From an uncultured Mycoplasmatota bacterium (lineage in GTDB: Bacteria; Bacillota_I; Bacilli_A; RF39; UBA660), in NCBI GenBank assembly GCA_947166445.1, contig CAMVED010000004.1, positions 2,617-66,616 of the forward strand: a DNA stretch of 64,000 bases, given 5' to 3'. The position numbers were made by a program, and so were the translations under genes. Below are positions 18,342 to 27,366 of this stretch, one piece after another (within the stretch, counting starts at the first letter, position 1; every line of letters starts with the position of its first letter). The notes beneath the pieces are model-generated. The model made no database searches, was not told the DNA's origin, and saw only the letters and a list, made by a program, of their open reading frames with translations.

Positions 18342-18503
18342 TTAAGCCCAATTTCTTGCGCCAATTATAATTATTAATAGAATGAATAGAACAAGAATTA
18401 TAGCATAACCATTGTTATATCCTCCGCCATAGTATGGATAATAACCTCCACCACCACAGCCACATCCTTGGCCATAGCCATAAGAGTTTCCGTAATAATA
18501 CAT
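18342..18503 (-). CDS. Unannotated 53-aa Gly/Tyr/Cys-rich tiny membrane protein (YjcZ-like sporulation protein family)
   Basis: Not in the ORF track. My hand translation of the reverse strand is MYYYGNSYGYGQGCGCGGGGYYPYYGGGYNNGYAIILVLFILLIIIIGARNWA*. GGAGG lies 7 nt upstream of the ATG (18501-18503). The composition and the C-terminal helix match the tiny-TM YjcZ family of Bacillus/Clostridium. Confidence 0.65.
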   Translation of the reverse strand: MYYYGNSYGYGQGCGCGGGGYYPYYGGGYNNGYAIILVLFILLIIIIGARNWA

Positions 18504-18637
18504 AAAACATCCTCCTTTTTGTTTTTCTAATATAGTTTATTATTTATAGTACAAATTTGACATTATAAAAAACTATATTTTTTAAAAATATTTAAATTGT
18601 TAATTATTTATGATATTATATTATAGAGGTAGAATAT

Positions 18638-19762
18638 ATGAAAATACTAAGAAAGATTGATAAACCACTTTTAATTATTTCTATTATTCTTTTTGCTACA
18701 GGGTTAGTAGCTATTTATTCAGCTTCCAATGTAACAGCATTTATGCTTAATGATGCTAATCCGGGAAGATATTTTCTGAAAGAGTCTATCTTTTTGTTTG
18801 GAGGTTTATTAGTTTCATATTTTCTTATTAAGATACCTACTAGGAGTTATGGAGGATTATCTTGGCTTTCTACTATTGTTTTAGTAGGGATTATACTAGC
18901 TATTACTGTTTTAGGGCAAGTTATAAATGGTATGAGTGCTTGGATTAATTATAATGGACTTGGTATTCAACCTAGTGAGTTTGTTAAAATAGCAATTATT
19001 CCTCTTATAGCAACTTATTATGATAAAAACTATAAAAAATTACGTGATTTTAATACTGCTATGTTTCCAATGTATATTGCAATGGTTGTAGCTGGTTCTA
19101 TAGTATTTCAAGGTGACTTAGGTACTGCAATTATATTTGTGGGGTTATGTGGTTTAATGTTTTTCTTTTCACCAGTATCTAAAAGAATAAAAGTCAGAGT
19201 ATTTGGTGTTGTTCTTATTTTCGCAGCACTTCTTGGAATTATTCTTATGGCTGGTGGAGATAAGATACTTCCTCAAGATAAACTTGCAAGATTTGATTTT
19301 AAGAATCCATGTGAAAAATATATAACAACAGGTAATCAGTTATGTAATAGTTATATTGCTATAAATGGTGGAGGTATTACTGGTAAGGGACTTGGTAATA
19401 GTACTCAAAAGTATTTATATTTACCTGAAGCTCATACTGACTTTATATTTTCTATATATGTTGAAGAACTTGGAATAATTGGAGCTGTAGTATTAATATC
19501 TTTGTACTTTGTTTTACTTGTTAGAATAATAGTAATTGGTAAGATGGCTCCCACTATAGCAAAGAAACTGATTTGTTATGGAGTTAGTTTTTACTTATTT
19601 ATGCATATAATTGTTAACTTAACAGGAGTTTTAGGAATACTTCCTATGACTGGTGTACCACTTCCATTTATGAGTTATGGTGGTAGTGTTTGTTGGTGTA
19701 CGCTTCTTGCACTTACTATGGTACAAAGAATTAGTTATGAAAATAATTCAAGAAAATCTTAA
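18638..19762 (+). CDS. SEDS-family peptidoglycan glycosyltransferase (FtsW/RodA/SpoVE)
   Basis: 374 aa, about 10 TM segments. Contains GIQPSEFVKI, LPEAHTDFIFS and PLPFMSYGGS, conserved SEDS motifs. Confidence 0.85.
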   Translation: MKILRKIDKPLLIISIILFATGLVAIYSASNVTAFMLNDANPGRYFLKESIFLFGGLLVSYFLIKIPTRSYGGLSWLSTIVLVGIILAITVLGQVINGMSAWINYNGLGIQPSEFVKIAIIPLIATYYDKNYKKLRDFNTAMFPMYIAMVVAGSIVFQGDLGTAIIFVGLCGLMFFFSPVSKRIKVRVFGVVLIFAALLGIILMAGGDKILPQDKLARFDFKNPCEKYITTGNQLCNSYIAINGGGITGKGLGNSTQKYLYLPEAHTDFIFSIYVEELGIIGAVVLISLYFVLLVRIIVIGKMAPTIAKKLICYGVSFYLFMHIIVNLTGVLGILPMTGVPLPFMSYGGSVCWCTLLALTMVQRISYENNSRKS

Positions 19763-19819
19763 AAAAGTTAGGTGAAATCACTTTTTACTGTCTATTGTAT
19801 AGTAGGAGGTGATTTTTTT

Positions 19820-20572
19820 ATGGAAAGAATAAAGGATTTTTATTCTGATTACAGAGACTATATTTTATTTATTTTATCCATTATTATTTTTCTATTTTTA
19901 TCTATTTTCATTTTCTATTATTTTAGATCAAATATTAATAATTTAGAGAAAAGGATAAGAGAAAGACCAGTTGTTGAGGTTGTAAATAATAAGAGTAGTA
20001 ATGAAAAACTAATTGTAGATATAAAAGGTGAAGTAAAAAGACCTGGTGTTTATTATTTAGATAAAGGAAAAAGAGTAATAGATGTAGTTAATAAAGCAGG
20101 AGGGTTTACTAGAGATGCTGATTCCTTTGTTAATAATTTAAGTATGAAAGTTAAAGATGAAATGGTTATAGTTATTTATAGTAAATCTGAGATAAAAGAT
20201 TATTTAAGTACTAAGAAAAAGGAAAATGAGATAGTAGAGAAGTGCAAAGAAGAAATAGTAACTAATGATTCTTGTATAGAAAGTTCTAGTAATGAAAAGC
20301 AATCTAGTTCTAGTACAAGTACTGTAGATAAATCTAAAAGTTCTAGTTCCGATATTAAAACTAAAGATGAAGAAGTGAGTAATAAAAAAGTATCAATAAA
20401 TACTGCTGCTAAAGAGGAACTTATGACACTTACTGGTATTGGAGAATCTAAAGCTTTAGCTATTATAGAGTATAGAAATAAAAAGAAGTTTGAAACTATT
20501 GAAGAAATAAAAGAAGTTTCTGGAATTGGAGATTCTTTGTTTGAAAAAATTAAAGATTATATTACAACATAA
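19820..20572 (+). CDS. comEA: Competence protein ComEA (SLBB domain plus C-terminal helix-hairpin-helix DNA-binding domain)
   Basis: Start moved to ATG 19820 (AGGAGGTGA upstream). Contains a TM anchor, the SLBB-like VDIKGEVKRPGVYYL, a Ser-rich linker, and INTAAKEELMTLTGIGESKALAIIEYR...IEEIKEVSGIG. Confidence 0.8.
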   Translation: MERIKDFYSDYRDYILFILSIIIFLFLSIFIFYYFRSNINNLEKRIRERPVVEVVNNKSSNEKLIVDIKGEVKRPGVYYLDKGKRVIDVVNKAGGFTRDADSFVNNLSMKVKDEMVIVIYSKSEIKDYLSTKKKENEIVEKCKEEIVTNDSCIESSSNEKQSSSSTSTVDKSKSSSSDIKTKDEEVSNKKVSINTAAKEELMTLTGIGESKALAIIEYRNKKKFETIEEIKEVSGIGDSLFEKIKDYITT

Positions 20573-22604
20573 TATTGTTTATTATGTTGTTTTGTTTATT
20601 GCTTTAGTTTTATATTTTTTATGTAGTAGTATGGATCATATTTCCATTTATAATTCTTTTGATAGTGAGTCTTTTATTATAACTGGTATAACTAAATATG
20701 ATTATGGAGTAAAGTTTGATTTAAAGGGAAAAGAGAAGGTTATAGGTTATGTTTATGATGAGAGTTTTGATAGTACTAATTATTACTTAGGTGATGTTGT
20801 TTCTATAAGTGGTACTATTAAAGATATTTCTAATAATACTGTTCCCAATACTTTTAATTATAGAAAGTATTTGATTAATAATAAAATATATAATGTAGTA
20901 ATTATATCTGATATAAAAGTTATAAAGCGTAATAGTAATATTTTTTATAAAATTAAAGATAAACTTTTAAAAAGAGGTAAATCTCTTGATAAGTCTTATC
21001 CATATATTAATGGTCTTATTTTTGGAGTTAATTCATATATTGATGAAGATGTTATGAATTCTTATAGAAATAATGGTATAAGTCATTTATTTGCTATATC
21101 TGGACTTCATGTATCTTTGTTTATTTTGATTCTTTCTAAGATACTGGATAAGTTTGGGATTAAAATCGGTTTTAAAAGTTTTATTATTATTTTGTTTTTA
21201 CTATTTTATATGTTTTTAACTAACTTTTCTATGTCTGTTATGAGATGTTCTATATTTACTATGTTATTATTTATTAATAAACTATTAAAGTTTGAAATAT
21301 CTAATATTAATTTACTTTTATTAACACTTTCCATTATTTTGTTTATAAATCCTCTTAGTTTAAATAATGTTGGTTTACAATATTCTTTTTTAGTTACTTT
21401 ATTATTATTAAAATATTCATATTTGATTACTGGTAATGGAGTAGTTAAGTTATTTAAGACTTCATTAATTGCTTTTTTGATTTCTTATCCAATTACTGTT
21501 AATAATTTTTATCAAGTTAACTTGTTATCAGTTTTTTATAATCTTTTATTTGTGCCTTATGTTTCTTTTATACTTCTTCCTATGACTTTGATTGCTTATA
21601 TATTTCCTTGGCTAGATAATGTTTTATATTTCTTAATTAAGATTATTGAATTATCATCACAATTTCTAGAACAAATTGGTATTTTTAAGGTTATTTTATG
21701 TAAAATGAATACATTTTTTGTAATGTTGTATTTTGTCATTATATGTAAACTATTTAATAAGAATAATGTCAGATGTGTTTTTGTATTTGCTTTGTTATTG
21801 TTTTTAATAGTTCACTATTTTATGCCTTGGAAAAAAGATGATTATGTATTGTTTTTAGATGTCCAGCAAGGTGATAGTGCAATTGTTAGTTTAAATAATA
21901 AAGTAAGTTTAATAGATACAGGTGGTATTGTGTCATATGGAGATAGTGAATATAAATATACAATTTCTAAGAATAAGATTATTCCTTATTTAAAGTCTAA
22001 GGGTATTAGAAAAATAGATAATTTGATTCTTTCTCATGGAGACTTTGATCATGTGGGTGAAGCAAAGTACTTAGTGGAGAACTTTAAAGTAGATAAAGTA
22101 ATTTTTAACTGCGGATCATACAATGATTTAGAAAAAGAACTGATAAAAGTTTTAGATAAAAAAGAAATAGAATATCAAAGCTGTATCAATGTGTTAAATG
22201 TAGATAGAACTGGTTTGAAGTTTTTGCAAACCAAAGAATATGATAATGAAAATGATAATAGTAACGTTATTTATACAAAAATAAATAATTATAAGTTTTT
22301 ATTCATGGGAGATGCTGGGATAGATAAAGAACTAGATATACTTAACAAATACAATATTTCTGATATAGATGTTTTAAAAGTAGGACATCACGGTAGTAAT
22401 ACAAGTAGTAGTGAAGAGTTTATTGATAGGATGAATCCTAAATATTCAATTATTAGTGTTGGCAAAAACAATAGATATGGACATCCAAATAAAGAAGTAT
22501 TGGATAATTTAAAAGATTCTAAAACATATAGAATAGATGAAGATGGAAGTATTATGTTTAAGATTAAAAATAATAAATTAAAAATAGAGATTTGTAGTCC
22601 ATAG
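20526..22604 (+). CDS. comEC: DNA internalisation competence protein ComEC/Rec2 (competence channel domain plus metallo-beta-lactamase domain)
   Basis: 692 aa. A polytopic membrane core (ISHLFAISGLHVS) and a C-terminal MBL domain (DVQQGDS, SHGDFDHVG, VGHHGS). The true start is unresolved because the TTG at 20526 overlaps comEA. Confidence 0.85.
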   Translation: MEILCLKKLKIILQHNIVYYVVLFIALVLYFLCSSMDHISIYNSFDSESFIITGITKYDYGVKFDLKGKEKVIGYVYDESFDSTNYYLGDVVSISGTIKDISNNTVPNTFNYRKYLINNKIYNVVIISDIKVIKRNSNIFYKIKDKLLKRGKSLDKSYPYINGLIFGVNSYIDEDVMNSYRNNGISHLFAISGLHVSLFILILSKILDKFGIKIGFKSFIIILFLLFYMFLTNFSMSVMRCSIFTMLLFINKLLKFEISNINLLLLTLSIILFINPLSLNNVGLQYSFLVTLLLLKYSYLITGNGVVKLFKTSLIAFLISYPITVNNFYQVNLLSVFYNLLFVPYVSFILLPMTLIAYIFPWLDNVLYFLIKIIELSSQFLEQIGIFKVILCKMNTFFVMLYFVIICKLFNKNNVRCVFVFALLLFLIVHYFMPWKKDDYVLFLDVQQGDSAIVSLNNKVSLIDTGGIVSYGDSEYKYTISKNKIIPYLKSKGIRKIDNLILSHGDFDHVGEAKYLVENFKVDKVIFNCGSYNDLEKELIKVLDKKEIEYQSCINVLNVDRTGLKFLQTKEYDNENDNSNVIYTKINNYKFLFMGDAGIDKELDILNKYNISDIDVLKVGHHGSNTSSSEEFIDRMNPKYSIISVGKNNRYGHPNKEVLDNLKDSKTYRIDEDGSIMFKIKNNKLKIEICSP

Positions 22605-22616
22605 AAAGGAGTAGGT

Positions 22617-23519
22617 ATGCAAGATGAATATTATGATGAAATAAAGAATAATTTAATAGAAGATGAAATATATTCCAAGGTAAAAGATTATTCAAAAGAA
22701 AAACATAGGGTAGAAACATATTATAAAAATGGAAAACTATTAAATGAGGCAGGAAATCATTATGGTGAGGAAATTATTAAAGATTATTCTAAAAAACTAA
22801 TTAGAGAAGTTAATAAAAAATATAATGAAAGAACTCTTAGAAGAATGAGGCAATTTTATAGAAAGTTTTGTGATAAAAAATGGTCGACATTGTCGACCAA
22901 ATTGAGTTGGAGTCATTACACAGAATTACTACCTATTAAAAATGATGATGAAGTGTTATATTACCTAAATTTATGCATTAATTATCATATCGATGTACGA
23001 AGTTTAAGAGAAAAGATTAAAAATAAAGAATATAATAGGTTGCCTATAGAAACTAAAAATAAGTTAATAATTGAAGAAGAAATTAGTGTAAAGGACTTAG
23101 TACCAAACCCCATTATAATTAGAAATAAGTATAATATAGATATAGTAACTGAAAAAGCATTACATCAATTAGTATTAGAAAATATTGAATCGTTTATGAA
23201 AGAACTTGGTAATTCATTTAGTTTCATTGGTAGTGAATATAAAATTAAAATAGGTGATAGAAATAATCATATAGATTTGTTACTATTTAATATCAAATAT
23301 AATTGCTATGTTGTAGTTGAATTAAAAGTAACAGAGTTTAAAGTAGAATATATTTCACAAGTACAAAAGTATATGAATTATATAGATATAAATATAAAAG
23401 AAGCTAGTAATAATAATACTATGGGGATTTTAATATGTAAAAGAGAAAATAAGTTTGTAATTGAATATTGTTCAGATGATAGAATTGCTGTTAGAAAATA
23501 TGAATTAGTATGTACTTAA
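22617..23519 (+). CDS. DUF1016/YhcG-family PDDEXK nuclease-domain protein
   Basis: 300 aa. The N-terminal LSWSHYTELL motif and C-terminal IDLLLFNIKYNCYVVVELKV (D...E-x-K) are typical of YhcG-like proteins. Confidence 0.75.
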   Translation: MQDEYYDEIKNNLIEDEIYSKVKDYSKEKHRVETYYKNGKLLNEAGNHYGEEIIKDYSKKLIREVNKKYNERTLRRMRQFYRKFCDKKWSTLSTKLSWSHYTELLPIKNDDEVLYYLNLCINYHIDVRSLREKIKNKEYNRLPIETKNKLIIEEEISVKDLVPNPIIIRNKYNIDIVTEKALHQLVLENIESFMKELGNSFSFIGSEYKIKIGDRNNHIDLLLFNIKYNCYVVVELKVTEFKVEYISQVQKYMNYIDINIKEASNNNTMGILICKRENKFVIEYCSDDRIAVRKYELVCT

Positions 23520-23524
23520 TGTTT

Positions 23525-23552
23525 TATGCATATAATTAGAATTATTTGCATA
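23525..23552. repeat. Imperfect 13-bp inverted repeat just downstream of the DUF1016 gene
   Basis: TATGCATATAATT (23525-23537) and AATTATTTGCATA (23540-23552) are reverse complements with one mismatch. Confidence 0.5.
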
Positions 23553-23723
23553 TATTAGAAATGGTTAATTATAAGTAGTAACTTTTTTTGCTTTGTACCA
23601 TAATATATATTAGACGATAGTCGCTTAAGTGTACTAGCGTTTATATAGATTTGAGGGCTTTAGCTCTCTTTTTGTTTGTTGTTTTTAGTTTTTATGATAA
23701 AATGATATTAGAGGTGAACTATT

Positions 23724-24284
23724 GTGGTTGATAGCTTAAAGAAATTAAATAAAGAAGAATATAGTTTTGATACTATAACTAAAGTTGGTAATTATTTTTT
23801 TGTGTTTTTAATTGGTTCTTTTGCTGGCTATATTTATGAATTCTTATTTTACTTACTTATTGATCACAAATTAGTTAATAGTGGTTTTTTATATGGTCCA
23901 TATATCCCTGTTTATGGAACAGGAGCAGTTCTTATGCTGTTTCTTTTAAAAAAGTTTAAGAAATATCCTGTTTTGGTATTTTTTCTTGCTATGATTGTTA
24001 CTGGTATTTTAGAGTATATCACAGGTGCTTTTATGTATGAACTATATCATAGAAGATGGTGGGATTATACTGGGCTTTTTCTTAATATAAATGGCTATGT
24101 GTGTCTTAGATCTGTATTTACATTTGGTATTGGAGGATTATTATTAATTTATATTGTGGATCCGGTAATATGTAAGATAAGCACTAAGTATGACAGTCAT
24201 AAATATTTAATGATTGCTAGTTGTGGTATTTTTATAATGGTTTTAGATTTGACATTAACATTAATGTTTAGAAATAAATTATAA
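23724..24284 (+). CDS. Polytopic membrane protein of the 'putative ABC-transporter type IV' (CmpB-like, PF06541) family
   Basis: 186 aa, GTG start with AGAGGTGA upstream. FAGYIYEFLFY...GFLYGPYIPVYG fits my recollection of the family. Confidence 0.6.
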   Translation: MVDSLKKLNKEEYSFDTITKVGNYFFVFLIGSFAGYIYEFLFYLLIDHKLVNSGFLYGPYIPVYGTGAVLMLFLLKKFKKYPVLVFFLAMIVTGILEYITGAFMYELYHRRWWDYTGLFLNINGYVCLRSVFTFGIGGLLLIYIVDPVICKISTKYDSHKYLMIASCGIFIMVLDLTLTLMFRNKL

Positions 24285-24293
24285 AAAAGATAT

Positions 24294-25208
24294 CTATTTT
24301 TTAGATATCTTTTCTTCTTTTGTATTTTCTTCTTGTACTGTATATAAATCTATTTTTCCTTCTTTAGCTTGTTCATATATTTTATTCCATATTTGACTTT
24401 CTATATGTCTTGCTTTTTTTGGATGTGCTAAATATCTTATTGTTAAATTGACACATTCTTCAGTTAGTTCTGTATATATTATTGGTTCTAGGTTATTGTA
24501 ATATATTCTATAATCTCCAATAGCATTATTAAGTTCTTTTTGCATTTTTGTGGGTATACTTTTTACTATGTCATTTTCGTTTACTATTTCATAAAGTATC
24601 CTTTTGTTTTCTTTTAAGTTTCCATCGTATTTTACTTTTACTAATAACTCACTCCATATATATTTAAATGCTTTTGTGTAGTTTTTAATTTGTTCTGTAA
24701 ATATTTTTGAATTAGGTACTTGTACAATTATTCCTGTACTTTGTTCTCCTTGGTTTTTATGGCTTACTTCAAGTATTTCAAAGTTTAATGTGTTAAAGTT
24801 AATTACATCTCCAATTTCGCCATTAACTTCAATACGATCTTCAAGTCTAAATGGTTTATAAAGTTGAATATAGATTCCTGCGAAGAAGTTTGATATTATA
24901 TCGCGTAAAGCTAGTGTTGCAGCTGCTCCAATAACACTTAAGAAAGTAATAATACTTTGAATTTGTTTTTCCCAAATCAGAAATAATATTATAAAAGTTA
25001 TAATGAATTTAATTATTCTTGTTTTTTTGTTAATTCTATATAATTTCTTTCCGTTTTTATTTAGAGTATTATTTAAAAATATAATACCTCTGTAAAGAAG
25101 GTCAATTAATATAATAGCAATAATACTATAAACAAATAATTCTATTGGTGTTTTACTTATTCCTGTTATATTGGAAAGATTTTTACTAAATTTTTCAAAA
25201 TATTGCAT
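24294..25208 (-). CDS. Small-conductance mechanosensitive channel (MscS family)
   Basis: 304 aa with 3 N-terminal TM helices. RDIISNFFAGIYIQLYKPFRLEDRIEVNGEIGDV is the MscS pore-helix/beta-domain signature. Confidence 0.75.
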   Translation of the reverse strand: MQYFEKFSKNLSNITGISKTPIELFVYSIIAIILIDLLYRGIIFLNNTLNKNGKKLYRINKKTRIIKFIITFIILFLIWEKQIQSIITFLSVIGAAATLALRDIISNFFAGIYIQLYKPFRLEDRIEVNGEIGDVINFNTLNFEILEVSHKNQGEQSTGIIVQVPNSKIFTEQIKNYTKAFKYIWSELLVKVKYDGNLKENKRILYEIVNENDIVKSIPTKMQKELNNAIGDYRIYYNNLEPIIYTELTEECVNLTIRYLAHPKKARHIESQIWNKIYEQAKEGKIDLYTVQEENTKEEKISKK

Positions 25209-25289
25209 AATATTCCTCCTTTTTCATGGTATTTGATTGTAACAGATTTAATGTTTATTTTCAATTTAAATATATGATAATTTTTTTGC

Positions 25290-25310
25290 TTTACACTTTT
25301 GTTTACACTT
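25290..25310. repeat. Tandem direct repeat TTTACACTT x2 in the mscS/SDR divergent intergenic region
   Basis: TTTACACTT occurs at 25290-25298 and 25302-25310 (12-bp period), just upstream of a TATAAT-like element preceding the SDR gene. Confidence 0.5.
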
Positions 25311-25363
25311 GTGTTTTTATGCTTTTTAATATATAATTTATTTTTGAAAAAAGGGATGATATT

Positions 25364-26107
25364 ATGAATTTTAATGGGAAAGTAGTTTTAGTGACTGGAT
25401 CTTCTAGGTCTTTAGGTGCTCAAATAGTTAAGGATTTTGCTAAGCGTGGTGCTAGCGTTGTAATTGATTATAACAATAGTTATGATAAGGCTAATAAACT
25501 ATATGAAGAAATAGAACAAGTTTTTCCGGGAAAAGTCTTACTTTTAAAGTGTGACGTAACGAATGAGGATGAAGTTATATCAATGACTAAAGAAATAGTT
25601 AATAAATTTGGTAAAATAGATATTCTTGTTAATAATGCTGGTATATGTAATGATTCTTTATTTGATGAAAAGAGTAAAGAAGATTTTTCACATGTTTTGG
25701 AAACTAATGTTTTTGGAACTTATCTTGTAACTAAGCATATTGGTAAACATATTAGTAAAGGCGGTAGAATAATTAATATTGCAAGTGATAATGGACTTGG
25801 CAATGGTTATCCTGAATCTTGTGATTATGATGCTTCGAAAGCTGGTGTTATTTCTCTTACTCATAATATGGCTAAGTTTTATGCACCAGATATTAATGTT
25901 AATTGTATTTGTCCAGGTTGGATTGATACTGATATGAATAAAGATTTAAATGATAATCAAAGAAAAGAAATAAATAAGGGAATTCTTTTAGAAAGATTTG
26001 CTTCAAAAAGAGAAATATCTAATGTAGTTTTATTTTTAGCTAGTAATGAAGCAAGTTATGTTAATGATTCTATTATTACTGTAAATGGTGGTGTTTCTAA
26101 TGAATAA
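25364..26107 (+). CDS. Short-chain dehydrogenase/reductase (FabG-like 3-oxoacyl-ACP reductase family)
   Basis: 247 aa. TGSSRSLG cofactor motif, NNAG, and the catalytic YDASKAG. Confidence 0.8.
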   Translation: MNFNGKVVLVTGSSRSLGAQIVKDFAKRGASVVIDYNNSYDKANKLYEEIEQVFPGKVLLLKCDVTNEDEVISMTKEIVNKFGKIDILVNNAGICNDSLFDEKSKEDFSHVLETNVFGTYLVTKHIGKHISKGGRIINIASDNGLGNGYPESCDYDASKAGVISLTHNMAKFYAPDINVNCICPGWIDTDMNKDLNDNQRKEINKGILLERFASKREISNVVLFLASNEASYVNDSIITVNGGVSNE

Positions 26108-27347
26108 TAGTTTAGAAATAGATAAAAAAGTATTGGATTTAGCTAAAGAAGTAGAAGAGGATATTAAAGATGAATTTGCTTCTTGTGATGGGCTTTGTTT
26201 AGTTAATACTAGCAAGGTTTTAAATGCTTTTATAAATAATAATGTTTCTGCAATTGATTTTAATGGTACTGATGGGTATGGTTATAATGATGTAGGAAGA
26301 GAAAAAATCGAAAAGATATATAGTGAAATTCTTGGGGCAGAGGATTCACTTGTTAGAACTCAGTTTATATCTGGGTCTCATGCTCTTACAGTATGTCTTT
26401 TTGCTTGCTTAAGACCGGGGGACGTTATGCTTAGTATAACTGGACTTCCTTATGATACATTACATGAAGTAATAGGAATACGCGATAACGATAGTAGTCT
26501 TAAATCTTACGGTATTAAATATGAACAAATTGATTTAATAGATAATGAATTTAATGTTGATAAAATAAAAGATACTTTGAAAAACAAAAAAGTTAAACTT
26601 ATTGAGATACAAAGGTCTAAAGGTTATTCTTCTAGAAAAAGCATTTCTATTTCTCAAATAGAGAATGTTGTTAAAGAGATAAGATCTGTTGATAAAGATG
26701 TAATAATTATGGTTGATAATTGTTACTGTGAATTTGTTGAAGAAAAGTCTCCTTTAGAAGTAGGAGCTGATGTAATAGTAGGATCTCTAATTAAGAATTT
26801 TGGTGCTGGACTTGTTCCAAATGGAGGTTATATCGCTGGTAAAAAAGAACTTGTTTATTTAGCTAGTGAGAGATTAGGAGTTCCAGGTGAAGCTAAAGAA
26901 GTTGGTCCAACTCTTGATATGAACAAAAAAATATTACAAGGGATTTATATGGCTCCAGCAGTAGTTAATTCAAGTTTAAAGACTGCGATATTTGCAAGTC
27001 GTATGCTTGAAAAATTAGGATTTGAAACCGAACCTAAATATAATGAACATAGATCTGATATAGTTCAATCTATTACTTTTAAAGATCCTGATAAAATGAT
27101 TAAATATTGTTGTGGTATTCAAATGGCTTCTGCAATTGATAGTTATGTAAAACCTGTTCCAGATGATATGCCTGGATATGGTGATAAAATTATTATGGCT
27201 GCGGGAACATTTATTCAAGGCTCTACTATTGAACTTTCTTGTGATGGGCCTTTAAGAGAACCTTATACTGCATTTCAACAAGGTGGACTTACTTATGAAT
27301 ATGGAAAACTTGGTGTTATGAAAGCTATAACTGAAATATTAAAATAA
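26100..27347 (+). CDS. YnbB-like PLP-dependent protein ('aluminium resistance'/methionine gamma-lyase family)
   Basis: Colinear with B. subtilis YnbB from memory (GYGYNDVGREKIE, IQRSKGYS, DNCYCEFVEE, GSLIKN, MAAGTFIQGSTIELSCDGP). I prefer ATG 26100 over 26085. It overlaps the SDR stop. Confidence 0.8.
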   Translation: MNNSLEIDKKVLDLAKEVEEDIKDEFASCDGLCLVNTSKVLNAFINNNVSAIDFNGTDGYGYNDVGREKIEKIYSEILGAEDSLVRTQFISGSHALTVCLFACLRPGDVMLSITGLPYDTLHEVIGIRDNDSSLKSYGIKYEQIDLIDNEFNVDKIKDTLKNKKVKLIEIQRSKGYSSRKSISISQIENVVKEIRSVDKDVIIMVDNCYCEFVEEKSPLEVGADVIVGSLIKNFGAGLVPNGGYIAGKKELVYLASERLGVPGEAKEVGPTLDMNKKILQGIYMAPAVVNSSLKTAIFASRMLEKLGFETEPKYNEHRSDIVQSITFKDPDKMIKYCCGIQMASAIDSYVKPVPDDMPGYGDKIIMAAGTFIQGSTIELSCDGPLREPYTAFQQGGLTYEYGKLGVMKAITEILK

Positions 27348-27366
27348 AAAAAAAGAACTAGTTTAA

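Noticed and set aside
20280-20360. Ser-rich repetitive stretch in comEA (SSSNEKQSSSSTSTVDKSKSSSSD).
   Set aside because: It is a low-complexity linker between the SLBB and HhH domains of ComEA. It is in frame and is not an independent repeat element.
22882-22898. GC-rich perfect palindrome GGTCGAC-ATT-GTCGACC (two SalI sites) inside the DUF1016 gene.
   Set aside because: It is explained by the coding sequence W-S-T-L-S-T in the conserved N-terminal region, where the two Ser-Thr codon pairs happen to be reverse-complementary. I found no second copy or flanking structure. Its rarity in such AT-rich DNA is noted, but there is not enough to call it a site.
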